Both the position numbers and the translations under genes were made by a program. DNA of 64,000 nt from Paracoccaceae bacterium. Lineage in GTDB: Bacteria > Pseudomonadota > Alphaproteobacteria > Rhodobacterales > Rhodobacteraceae. Positions 18,041 through 27,640 of this stretch are shown piece by piece. The stretch is from assembly GCA_052387855.1 (NCBI GenBank), contig JBQTIT010000007.1, forward strand, positions 56,922 to 120,921. Direction: 5' to 3'. Under the pieces are notes generated by a model. That model was not told the origin of the DNA. It saw only the letters and a list, made by a program, of their open reading frames with translations, and did not search any database. The stretch's first letter is position 1, and the number at the start of each line of letters is the position of its first letter.

Positions 18041-19539
18041 ATGGAACCGGTGCTTTCGGCGACCTATACGGTCGCGCAGTTGGGGATTGCCCAACTGTCG
18101 GACGGGGTAAGCGTGATCGCGCAGGACGGCGCGGTCAGCCTTGTGCTGTGCGGCTCTGCGTCAAGCACGACGCTCAGCCTGTCGCTGGGGGTGGTCGAGG
18201 ATCCGGTCGCGGGCATCTTCGTGCCCGAGCAGGAGCCGGGCCCGACCGAGGCCGCGATGGCGCAGGCCTCGGGCAGCATGGCGTTGCAGGTCGACGACGG
18301 AGAGGGGCGGCTGTTCATCTATGGCACCGGCGGCGCGCTGACCCTGTCGGTGATCGGCGCGGATGGCAGCATCGGCGCGGCCTCGGTGGTCTCTACCTCG
18401 GTCGGCCCGCTGGCGGCGGTCACGGGCATGACGGTGATCCCGGATGCCTCGGGCGATCTGGCGGCGCTGACGCAATCTGGTCAGGCCGGCTTTCAGCTTT
18501 TCGGGATCGGCAGCGCCGGCGATCTGACCCAGACCGACCTGATCGCCGACACCGCAAAATCCTATGTGGCCGATGTTGCCGACACGGCCTCGGTGGTGCT
18601 GGGGGGGCGAGCTATCTCTTGACCCTTTCGGCCGGCGAGAACGGCATCACCTCGTACCGGATCACCCCCTCGGGCGGGGCGATCCTGACCGACAGCCTTG
18701 GCAACCATGACGGGCTGTGGATTTCGGGCGCCACGGCGTTGCAAACTGCGGTGGTGGGTGGGCAGACCTTTGCCATCATCGCCTCGGTCACGTCGGATTC
18801 GCTGTCGGTCGTGCGGGTCAACGACATGGGCTGCCTGTTTCTGACCGACCATGTCACCGACGATCTGGACAGCCGCTTTCGCGGCGCCTCGGCGCTGGAT
18901 GTGTTCGAGGTTGCAGGGCGCAGCTTTGTGGTCGCGGGCGGCTCGGACGCCGGTCTGACGCTTTTCGAGATCCTGCCGGGCGGCGCGTTGAGCCATGTCT
19001 CTTCCACCGCCTTTGAAACCGGGCAAGGAATGGGGAACATCGCCTCGATCGACGTGGCGGTCAGCGGCGGTATCGCGCAGGTTTATGTCATCGAGGAAAG
19101 CGGCGCGCGGTTGCAGGTGTTCGAGCTGGACCTTGGCGATCTTGGCCTGCTGATCACCGCCAGCGGAGCAGAGGCAACAGGCGGCGCGCTGGACGACCGG
19201 ATCATCGGCACCTCGGGCGGGCAGGTGCTTTCGGGGGGCGGGGGGGATGATGTGCTGCATGACGGCAGCGGCGCCGACTGGCTGATCGGCGGGGCCGGGG
19301 CCGATGTCTATGTCCTGATGGCCGACGGCGCGACCGACACCATCGCTGATTTCGAGGACGGGATCGACCGGATCGACCTGTCGGACTGGGGGATGATCTA
19401 TTCGGCATCCGCCCTGCTGATCACCGGCACAGCCACCGGCGCCACGATATCCTATGGCGGCCAGCAGCTTGTGATCACCTCTGCCGATGGCGGCACGCTG
19501 GCGCCGGGCAGTCTCGGGGATGACGATTTCATCTTCTGA
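18041..19539 (+). pseudogene. RTX-type calcium-binding protein disrupted by a frameshift at a G7 tract
   Basis: The frame starting at ATG 18041 stops at 18620-18622 (...SVVLGGRAIS*). The continuation (GGASYLLTLSAGENG...GGGGDDVLHDGSGADWLIGGAGADVY...DGIDRIDLSDW) is in another frame and runs to 19539. The switch point is GGGGGGG at 18601-18607. Confidence 0.7.
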
Positions 19540-19637
19540 TGCCCTCGCCCCCGCCCCCCCACGCGCGGTAGAAAAGCGCCAGGGTGGCGCGGGTCAATGG
19601 CCCTGCCCGGGCGCGGCAAGGGCTGCTCGCGCTGGTC

Positions 19638-20402
19638 CTACGCTCGCGCGGGAAAGCGAAGGTCGGCCGACTGGGTCGAAAGCCGCGCCGGATCGCGCGC
19701 GGGAACCTCGGCCACCAGCAGCGCCGGCCCCTCGCCGGCCTGTGCCAGCACCTCGCCATGCGGCCCGGCGATCAGCGAGCCGCCGACATAGGTCAGATCG
19801 CCCTCGGCGCCGCAGTAATTTGCATAGACGATGCTCACCCCATGGCCCGCCGCCATCGCCGGCACCGTGTGGCGCACGACATGGACAAAGGGCATCATGT
19901 TGGCGGTCGGCACCAGGATCACCTCGGCGCCGTCATCGGCCAGAGCCTTGATATGCGGCGCAAATTCCACGTCGTAGCAGATCAGCACCGCCGCCTTGAC
20001 CCCCCCCAGCCAGAAAGTGACATAGCCGTCACCCGGTCGATAGACCGCCCGCTCTCGCGGGCCGTAAAGCTGGATCTTGCGATAGTTGGCCACCACCGCG
20101 CCATCCGCGCCCAGAACCAGTGCCGCGTTGTAGATGCCGTCCGCCGCCGCCTCGGCATAGCCGATCACCAGCGCGCAGCCGGCGGCGCGGGCGGAGCCTG
20201 CAAGCGCCTCCAGCACGGCCGAACCCGGCGCCAGCGCCTGACCGGCAATGTCCGGCTGGTTGTAGCCGGGCAGGTACACCTCGGGCACCACCAGCACGGC
20301 CGCGCCCATCGCCCCGGCACCGCGCAGCGCGGCACCGACCGCCGCCAGTGCGGCCGGCACATCGCCCCCGCACGAGGGGCCTTGCAAGAGCGCCAGCTTC
20401 AT
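19638..20402 (-). CDS. Carbon-nitrogen hydrolase (nitrilase-superfamily amidase)
   Basis: MKLALLQG...[12 protein letters not shown] (catalytic Glu region), YRKIQLYG (Lys) and [14 protein letters not shown] (Cys) motifs. Confidence 0.85.
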   Translation of the reverse strand: MKLALLQGPSCGGDVPAALAAVGAALRGAGAMGAAVLVVPEVYLPGYNQPDIAGQALAPGSAVLEALAGSARAAGCALVIGYAEAAADGIYNAALVLGADGAVVANYRKIQLYGPRERAVYRPGDGYVTFWLGGVKAAVLICYDVEFAPHIKALADDGAEVILVPTANMMPFVHVVRHTVPAMAAGHGVSIVYANYCGAEGDLTYVGGSLIAGPHGEVLAQAGEGPALLVAEVPARDPARLSTQSADLRFPARA

Positions 20403-21061
20403 GTCCCCGCCCCCTTGGCCGCCGCGCCGAAATGGCGCGGAAAAAACGCCGCCGCGACGGTCATCACCGTGGCCAGCGCCTCGCCGCGCGAATAGGCCTC
20501 GCTCATGATCATCATGTCAAGCCAGGACCCCTCGATCGCCAGCCGCAGCACCCGGCCGACGCGGGCCGGATCGCCGGGGTAACCGTGCTCTTGCATCATC
20601 CGGGCGCAGAGCCCCTCCAGCGTGGCATTGTAGACCGCATCGTTGGCGCCGCAGCGCTGCTGATAGATCGGCCGGCTCTGCGCCTCGCCCCAGAAACTGC
20701 ACCAGGCCGAAAGCCGCGCCGGGGTGCAGATCGCGGGGTTGAAATCGGCGCCAAGCATGGCCGCGATCTGATCCACCACCGCCGGGCCGGCCCCGGCCAG
20801 GGCCATGCGCCAGTTCTGCCGGTATTCCTCGGCCAGGTAGAGCAGGGTTTCAAGCAGCAGGTTCTCCTTGCTGCGGAAGTGAAAGTTCACCAGCCCATGC
20901 GACAGGCCGGCCGCGCGGGCGACATCGCTCATCGTGACGCGGGCATAGCCGGAGCTGGCCAGCGCCGTGATGGTCGCCTCGATCAGTTGCACGCGCCGCG
21001 CGTCGCGCGGCAACTTGCGCGGCACGGGGCTGGAGTTCTGGACCTGGGCGGGTTCTGCCAT
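20399..21061 (-). CDS. TetR-family transcriptional regulator
   Basis: HTH region [47 protein letters not shown]. 4-nt overlap with the downstream hydrolase gene. Confidence 0.85.
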   Translation of the reverse strand: MAEPAQVQNSSPVPRKLPRDARRVQLIEATITALASSGYARVTMSDVARAAGLSHGLVNFHFRSKENLLLETLLYLAEEYRQNWRMALAGAGPAVVDQIAAMLGADFNPAICTPARLSAWCSFWGEAQSRPIYQQRCGANDAVYNATLEGLCARMMQEHGYPGDPARVGRVLRLAIEGSWLDMMIMSEAYSRGEALATVMTVAAAFFPRHFGAAAKGAGT

Positions 21062-21214
21062 GGCACGCTGCGGTTGCGACACGCGCGCGAGATTAGCCGA
21101 TCCCTCCGCAACGGCCAGAGCCAAAGCGCGCGCCGGTCCAACAAGGGCGTTGACCACCCGCGGCGCTTCTTTCACTCTCGCCTGACCGCCGCCGTCGCGA
21201 AAGGAAATCCGATC

Positions 21215-22693
<1,479 letters not shown>

Positions 22694-22717
22694 GCGCGCC
22701 CCTTTCCTCATCCTCTC

Positions 22718-22775
22718 GTGCCGAAATATCCCACGGGGGCAGACCCGAAGGGTCGCGGGGGTGTGAAACCCCCGC
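22718..22775 (+). repeat. REP-like intergenic hairpin element, copy 1
   Basis: GTGCCGAAATATCCCACGGGGG...GACCCGAAGGGTC...GCGGGGGTGTGAAACCCCCGC. An inverted copy lies at 30368-30427. Confidence 0.55.
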
Positions 22776-22786
22776 CGCGCCGGCGG

Positions 22787-24028
22787 TCAGAATCGCCCCG
22801 CCCGCAGGGGGGCGATCTGGGCCGCAGGCACCCGGCCGGCCACCAGATCGGCCACGATGGCCGCCGTGATCGGGGCCAGCGTCAGCCCGATATGGCCATG
22901 ACCATAGGCGTGGATCACCTCGGCCCCGCCGTCCGAGGGGCCGACCACCGGCAGGCTGTCGGGCAGCGAGGGGCGAAAGCCCATCCATTCGCTCGAGGGC
23001 GGACCGAGATCGGGAAAGATCGCCCGCGCCCCCTCGATCAGCCGGGCGATGCGGTGGGGCGAGGGGGGCAGGTGCAGCCCGCCCAACTCCACCGTGCCGG
23101 CCACCCGCAGACGCCCCTCCATCGGGCACAGGTAGAACCCGCGCGCGGTGGGGCAGGCGGGGCGCGTCAGGCGCGGCGCGGCCATGTCCCATTCGACGTG
23201 ATAGCCGCGCTCGGTGTCCAGCGGCACCCGGTCGCCGGCCTGCCGCGCCAGGTCGCGCGAATGCGCCCCGGCGGCGATGACCACCCGGCGCGCCTGCAGG
23301 CGCAGGCCCGGCCCCTCGACCAGCACCCCGCCATCGCGGCGCGTCAGCCGCTCGGCACGCGCCTGCACCAGCGATGCACCGCCCGCGACCCGCGCCGCCA
23401 GACGTTGCATCATCTTGCCCGGGTCCGACAGGAACACCGCCCGGGGGAACAGCGCCGCGCCGCCCTCCACCGCCGGCAGCCCCGGCTCCATCGCGGCCAG
23501 GTCCGCCGGTGAGATCAACTCGGCCGCGATCCCCCCCGCCCGGCGCCGCGCCATGTCGGCGCCGGCAGCGCGAAAGGCGGCGGGGGTCTCATAAAGATAG
23601 AGGCAGCCGCGCCGCTGCAAGATGTCCTGCCCGCCGATCCGCGCCGCCAGCGCCTCCCATCGCGGGCAGGCGTCGGCCAGAAGCCCGGCAAGCACCCCGG
23701 CATTGCGCGCCGCCGCCGCCGGCAGGCTCTGGCGGGCAAAGCGCATGAGCCAGGGCACGAGCGACGGCAGCGCCGCCCGGCGGATGGCCAGCGGCGAGTT
23801 CCGGTCAAAGAGCAGCGAGGGCAGGCCCCGCAGCACATCCGGGGTGCCGACCGGCAGCACGGCATAGTCCGCGATGGTGCCCGCATTGCCATAGGATGCG
23901 CCCGAGCCTGGCGGGTTCGGGTCCACCAGCACCACCTCGCGCCCCTCGGCCACCAGAGCCTCGGCGATGGCCAGACCCACGACCCCGGCGCCGACCACCG
24001 CAATCTCGCAGCGGGTCAGGCCGGTCAT
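22787..24028 (-). CDS. FAD-dependent oxidoreductase (DadA/PuuB-like amine or amino-acid oxidase/dehydrogenase)
   Basis: N-terminal dinucleotide fold IAVVGAGVVGLAIAEALVAEGREVVLVD. 413 aa. Confidence 0.8.
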   Translation of the reverse strand: MTGLTRCEIAVVGAGVVGLAIAEALVAEGREVVLVDPNPPGSGASYGNAGTIADYAVLPVGTPDVLRGLPSLLFDRNSPLAIRRAALPSLVPWLMRFARQSLPAAAARNAGVLAGLLADACPRWEALAARIGGQDILQRRGCLYLYETPAAFRAAGADMARRRAGGIAAELISPADLAAMEPGLPAVEGGAALFPRAVFLSDPGKMMQRLAARVAGGASLVQARAERLTRRDGGVLVEGPGLRLQARRVVIAAGAHSRDLARQAGDRVPLDTERGYHVEWDMAAPRLTRPACPTARGFYLCPMEGRLRVAGTVELGGLHLPPSPHRIARLIEGARAIFPDLGPPSSEWMGFRPSLPDSLPVVGPSDGGAEVIHAYGHGHIGLTLAPITAAIVADLVAGRVPAAQIAPLRAGRF

Positions 24029-24118
24029 GGCGGCCCCATCGCCCGGGCGCCGCCCGGCGCCAAGGCCTGGCCGGGGGTCACGCGGCCCCCCGGCGCAACG
24101 GTCCGCCGCAGGTCGCCG

Positions 24119-25279
24119 TCACAAGCAGGTCGCAAACAGCGCGCGGGTGTTCTCGCGCGTCATCGGCACCGGATTGCCGCCGCAAGAGGGGTCTTCCAGC
24201 GCCATCTCGGTCAGCATGTCCAGATCGGGGTTGGTCACGCCCAGCGCCGTCAGGTTTTCCGGAATGCTCAGCGCCCGGCGCAGGTCCATCACGGCCGCGC
24301 GGAAGCCGTCAAAGCCGCCCGCGATGCCCAGATAGGCCGCAGCCGCGTTGATCCGCTGTTCGATCGCGGGGCGGTTCATGTCCAGCACCATCGGCATGAC
24401 CACGGCATTGGTGGTGCCGTGATGGGTTCCGTAGACCGCCCCGATCGGGTGGCTCAGCGAGTGGATCGCGCCCAGACCCTTTTGAAACGCCGTCGCGCCC
24501 ATCGCCGCCGCGCTCATCATATGCGCCCGGGCGTCAAGATCATTGGGATTGGCATAGACCTTTGGCAGGTTCTCGAACACCAGACGCATGCCTTCCAGCG
24601 CGATGCCCTGGCTCATCGGGTGGTAGAAGGGGCTTGAGTAGGCCTCCAGGCAATGCGCCAGCGCATCCATGCCGGTGCCGGCGGTGATGAAGCGCGGCAT
24701 GCCCACGGTCAGCGCGGGATCGCAGATCGTGACCCGCGGCATCAGCGCGGGGTGGAAGATGATCTTTTTCTTGTGGGTCGCCGAATTGGTCAGAACCCCG
24801 GCGCGCCCCACCTCGGAGCCGGTGCCGGCCGTGGTCGGCACCGCCACGATCGGCGCGATTTTCGCTGCATCGGCGCGGGTGTACCAGTCGTCCACGTCCT
24901 CAAGGTCCCAGACCGACAGGTCCGCCCGCTGATGCGCCATCAGCGCGATCAGCTTGCCCAGGTCCAGCCCCGAGCCGCCGCCAAAGGCCACCACCCCGTC
25001 ATGACCGCCGGCCAGATACATGGCGATGCCGTCCGCCAGGTTTCGCTCGTTCGGGTTGGGGTCCACCTCGGAGAAAACGGCGCGGCCAAGGTCGGCGGCG
25101 GCCAGGATGCCCAGCGCCTGCGCGGTGATCGGCAGGCTCGCCAGCGCCTTGTCGGTGACCAGAAGAGGCTTTTTCAGGCCGGCCGCCCGGCAATGCTCGG
25201 CCAGTTCGGATATCCGCCCGACGCCGAACTTGATGGCGGTGGGATAGTTCCAGTTCCGGTTCGGGACGTTGTGCGACAT
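24119..25279 (-). CDS. Iron-containing (group III) alcohol dehydrogenase
   Basis: GGGSGLDLGK and the His-rich metal site (HCLEAY...HSLSHPIGAVYGTHHG). 386 aa. Confidence 0.9.
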   Translation of the reverse strand: MSHNVPNRNWNYPTAIKFGVGRISELAEHCRAAGLKKPLLVTDKALASLPITAQALGILAAADLGRAVFSEVDPNPNERNLADGIAMYLAGGHDGVVAFGGGSGLDLGKLIALMAHQRADLSVWDLEDVDDWYTRADAAKIAPIVAVPTTAGTGSEVGRAGVLTNSATHKKKIIFHPALMPRVTICDPALTVGMPRFITAGTGMDALAHCLEAYSSPFYHPMSQGIALEGMRLVFENLPKVYANPNDLDARAHMMSAAAMGATAFQKGLGAIHSLSHPIGAVYGTHHGTTNAVVMPMVLDMNRPAIEQRINAAAAYLGIAGGFDGFRAAVMDLRRALSIPENLTALGVTNPDLDMLTEMALEDPSCGGNPVPMTRENTRALFATCL

Positions 25280-25283
25280 GGCG

Positions 25284-26666
25284 TCAGACCTTCTTGAGGT
25301 GATAGGATTTCGGGCGGGTCACCGAATGGAACCCGAGGTACGACAGGCTGCCGCCGCGACCGGTGTCCTTGCAACCGGTCCAGCACAGCGCGGGGTCAAG
25401 GTAATCGGCCCTGTTCATGAACACGGTGCCGGTTTCGATCTGCCGGCCGATGGCCTGCGCGGTCTCGTAGTCCTGCGTCCAGACCGAGGCGGTCAGCCCA
25501 TAGGGGCTGTCGTTCATCAGGCGGATCGCCTCGGCATCGTCCTTGACCTTCATGATGCCGACGACGGGGCCAAAGCTTTCCTCCATCATCACGCGCATGG
25601 AGTGATCGACATTGACCAGAATCTGTGGGGCCAGATAGGCGCCGCCGTCATCGGCCGGGAACAGCGCCGGGTCGATCAGCGGCTTGGCGCCGGCCGCCAC
25701 CGCCTCAACGATCTGGCCGCGCACCACGGCGGCGAAACGCTTGTTGGCCATGGGGCCCAGGGTGGTTTCGGGGTCCAATGGGGAGCCCAGTTTCAGCGCC
25801 GAAACCCATTTGACCGCGCCTTCGACAAAGGCGTCATACAGGCTTTCATGGACATAGATCCTCTCGATCCCGCAGCAGCACTGGCCCGAGTTGAACATCG
25901 CCCCGTCCATCAGCGTGTCGACCGCTGCATCGAGGTTGGCATCGGCCCGCACATAGCCGGGGTCCTTGCCGCCAAGCTCCAGCCCCAGCGGCGTGAAGGT
26001 GCCGGCGGCGGCGCGCTCGATGGCCTGACCCCCACCGACCGAGCCGGTGAAGTTCACGAAGTTGAAGGCGCGGGCACCGATCAGATGTTCGGTCGTGGCA
26101 TGGTCAAGGACGACGTTCTGGAACACATCCGCCGGCACGCCCGCCTCGTGAAAGGCCTGGGCGAGGCGCTCGCCCACCAGCAGGGTCTGGCTGGCGTGTT
26201 TCAGCACCACCGCGTTCCCGGCGATCAGCGCGGGGGCAAGGGTGTTGATCGTGGTCAGGTAGGGATAGTTCCAGGGCGCGACGATGAACACCACGCCCAG
26301 GGCTTCGCGGGCGAGGTAGCGGCGGAACTTGTCGCTGTCCTCGATCATGTGGGGGGCGAGGGTGGCGGCCGCGATCTCGGCCATGTAGTCGGTGCGGGCG
26401 TTCACCCCGCCCATTTCGCCCTGGCCAAAGCGGATCGGGCGGCCCATCTGGTGGGCAAGTTCAAGCGCCACGGTTTCCTTCATCGCCGTCAGCCGGGCGA
26501 CACCGGCCTTGACCAGCGCGATACGCTCCTCCAGCGGGCGGGCGGCCCAGGGTTTCTGGGCGGCGCGGGCGCGGGCGACGGCGGATTGCGCGGCCTCGGG
26601 GGTGAGGGGAATGCGTTCGGCATAGACCGAACCGTCGACGGGAGAGATCAGTTGAATGGGTTTCAT
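25284..26666 (-). CDS. NAD(P)-dependent aldehyde dehydrogenase
   Basis: ELGGKDP and FNSGQCCCGIERIYV catalytic motifs. 460 aa. Confidence 0.9.
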   Translation of the reverse strand: MKPIQLISPVDGSVYAERIPLTPEAAQSAVARARAAQKPWAARPLEERIALVKAGVARLTAMKETVALELAHQMGRPIRFGQGEMGGVNARTDYMAEIAAATLAPHMIEDSDKFRRYLAREALGVVFIVAPWNYPYLTTINTLAPALIAGNAVVLKHASQTLLVGERLAQAFHEAGVPADVFQNVVLDHATTEHLIGARAFNFVNFTGSVGGGQAIERAAAGTFTPLGLELGGKDPGYVRADANLDAAVDTLMDGAMFNSGQCCCGIERIYVHESLYDAFVEGAVKWVSALKLGSPLDPETTLGPMANKRFAAVVRGQIVEAVAAGAKPLIDPALFPADDGGAYLAPQILVNVDHSMRVMMEESFGPVVGIMKVKDDAEAIRLMNDSPYGLTASVWTQDYETAQAIGRQIETGTVFMNRADYLDPALCWTGCKDTGRGGSLSYLGFHSVTRPKSYHLKKV

Positions 26667-26705
26667 CGTTTCACCTCTTGGGGTGCCGTATCATGGGGCC
26701 CCTGC

Positions 26706-27128
26706 CTAAATTTCCAAAGCCATCACGTGCCCTTGCCGGGCATATTCCAGAATTTTCCGATCGCGCGTGACGATCTGGAGCCCATACTCGCGCGCCGTGG
26801 CCAGGATGATCCTGTCGGCCGGGTCGCCCTGGGGTTCCCCCGGTAGGGTTGACGAGCCCAGCAAGATTTCGATCGTCATTTCTGACCATTGCAGACCCCC
26901 GGCTTTCATCGCGCGGTCAAGCCATGTTCGTGGAGGCATCGTCAGCAACAATCGGCTTTTTGCAGCAAGCAGGCCGACTTCCCAGGCCGAGATTGGCGAC
27001 ACCAGCAGCCTCGCCCCCGAGTCTCTGGCCTGTATCAGGGCCTGATTGACCGCGATCGTTTCGTCACCAACCGCAATGGCGGCCGCCCAAATCAGAGCGC
27101 AGGTGTCAAAGAGCAGCGGTTGGCTCAC
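26706..27128 (-). CDS. vapC: PIN-domain ribonuclease toxin (VapC family)
   Basis: LLFDTCALIW (Asp), SAWEVGLL (Glu), DPADRIILATA (Asp) and IVTRDRKI (Asp). The GTG start overlaps the upstream stop (GTGA). Confidence 0.85.
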   Translation of the reverse strand: MSQPLLFDTCALIWAAAIAVGDETIAVNQALIQARDSGARLLVSPISAWEVGLLAAKSRLLLTMPPRTWLDRAMKAGGLQWSEMTIEILLGSSTLPGEPQGDPADRIILATAREYGLQIVTRDRKILEYARQGHVMALEI

Positions 27129-27553
27129 GACTTACGGCCCAAGAGGCGGTCGAATTTGTTCAGGAGCTGTTCGGCCCAGTCTTCGGCAGCCGGCTCTGTC
27201 AGATCGAAATCAGCCGCAATCGTGATGGTCCCCTTCATGCTGCCGACAAGAGGGTGAAGATTGCCCGATCCGGCCGAAGTCGGCAAATCCGATGACGGGG
27301 TCTCGACCGTGTTCAGCCTGGAAAAGGTCAGTTTGCCAGAGGCAAGGTCGACCTGTTCAGATTGATAGCCAGCGGACAGCCAGGCTTTGGTTATGACGCT
27401 GCTGTCGGGGTTGTTGCTCCACCACGCGCGATGCTTGCGCGCAGAGGCGGGAAGATCGAACCCCAGGAGGCGTTCGATCTCTTCGAAATTCATCGGCACG
27501 CGGACCTGCCCGCGGGATGCGAGGTGCTTCGTCAGGGGGTCGTACTTGCTCAT
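27125..27553 (-). CDS. Atypical VapB-position partner: an N-terminal domain with a 'KYxPL...FxEIExLLG..LPxSA....WWxN' signature plus a C-terminal DUF2281-like PIN-binding tail
   Basis: 142 aa. GGAGA RBS 7 nt before ATG 27553. The C-terminal GSMKGTITIAADFDLTEP resembles the G.aKG.iw...DFD.P toxin-neutralising motif. No recognisable AbrB, RHH, Phd or HTH DNA-binding fold. Confidence 0.6.
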   Translation of the reverse strand: MSKYDPLTKHLASRGQVRVPMNFEEIERLLGFDLPASARKHRAWWSNNPDSSVITKAWLSAGYQSEQVDLASGKLTFSRLNTVETPSSDLPTSAGSGNLHPLVGSMKGTITIAADFDLTEPAAEDWAEQLLNKFDRLLGRKS

Positions 27554-27574
27554 TTCGAATCTCCGCTTGCCTGC

Positions 27575-27592
27575 GTGTGATTCGTATCACAC
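27575..27592. promoter_or_regulatory. Inverted repeat GTGTGAT-TCGT-ATCACAC in the AT-rich leader of the TA pair (candidate operator)
   Basis: 7-bp perfect arms, 22 nt upstream of the partner-gene start codon, within an 87-bp tract that is visibly AT-rich. Confidence 0.35.
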
Positions 27593-27640
27593 AAAAACAA
27601 ACACAAACAACAGTGTTCTTTTACATATACAGTACCTATT

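Noticed and set aside
20120-21214. A 365-codon N-terminal extension of the glpK ORF, and similar extensions of mrdA (34524-34913), glyA (62619-62714), gcvP, azlC and the 18041 gene's alternative frame (17860-18040).
   Set aside because: The extensions overlap well-supported genes on the other strand or known intergenic elements. They are low-complexity and precede internal starts that have RBS-like sequences and match the family N-termini.
27625-27634. TACTGTATAT (minus strand) upstream of the TA pair, which resembles an E. coli-type LexA half-site.
   Set aside because: There is no ACAG partner at the required CTGT-N8-ACAG spacing. Alphaproteobacterial LexA boxes are GTTC-N7-GTTC direct repeats, which are absent here.
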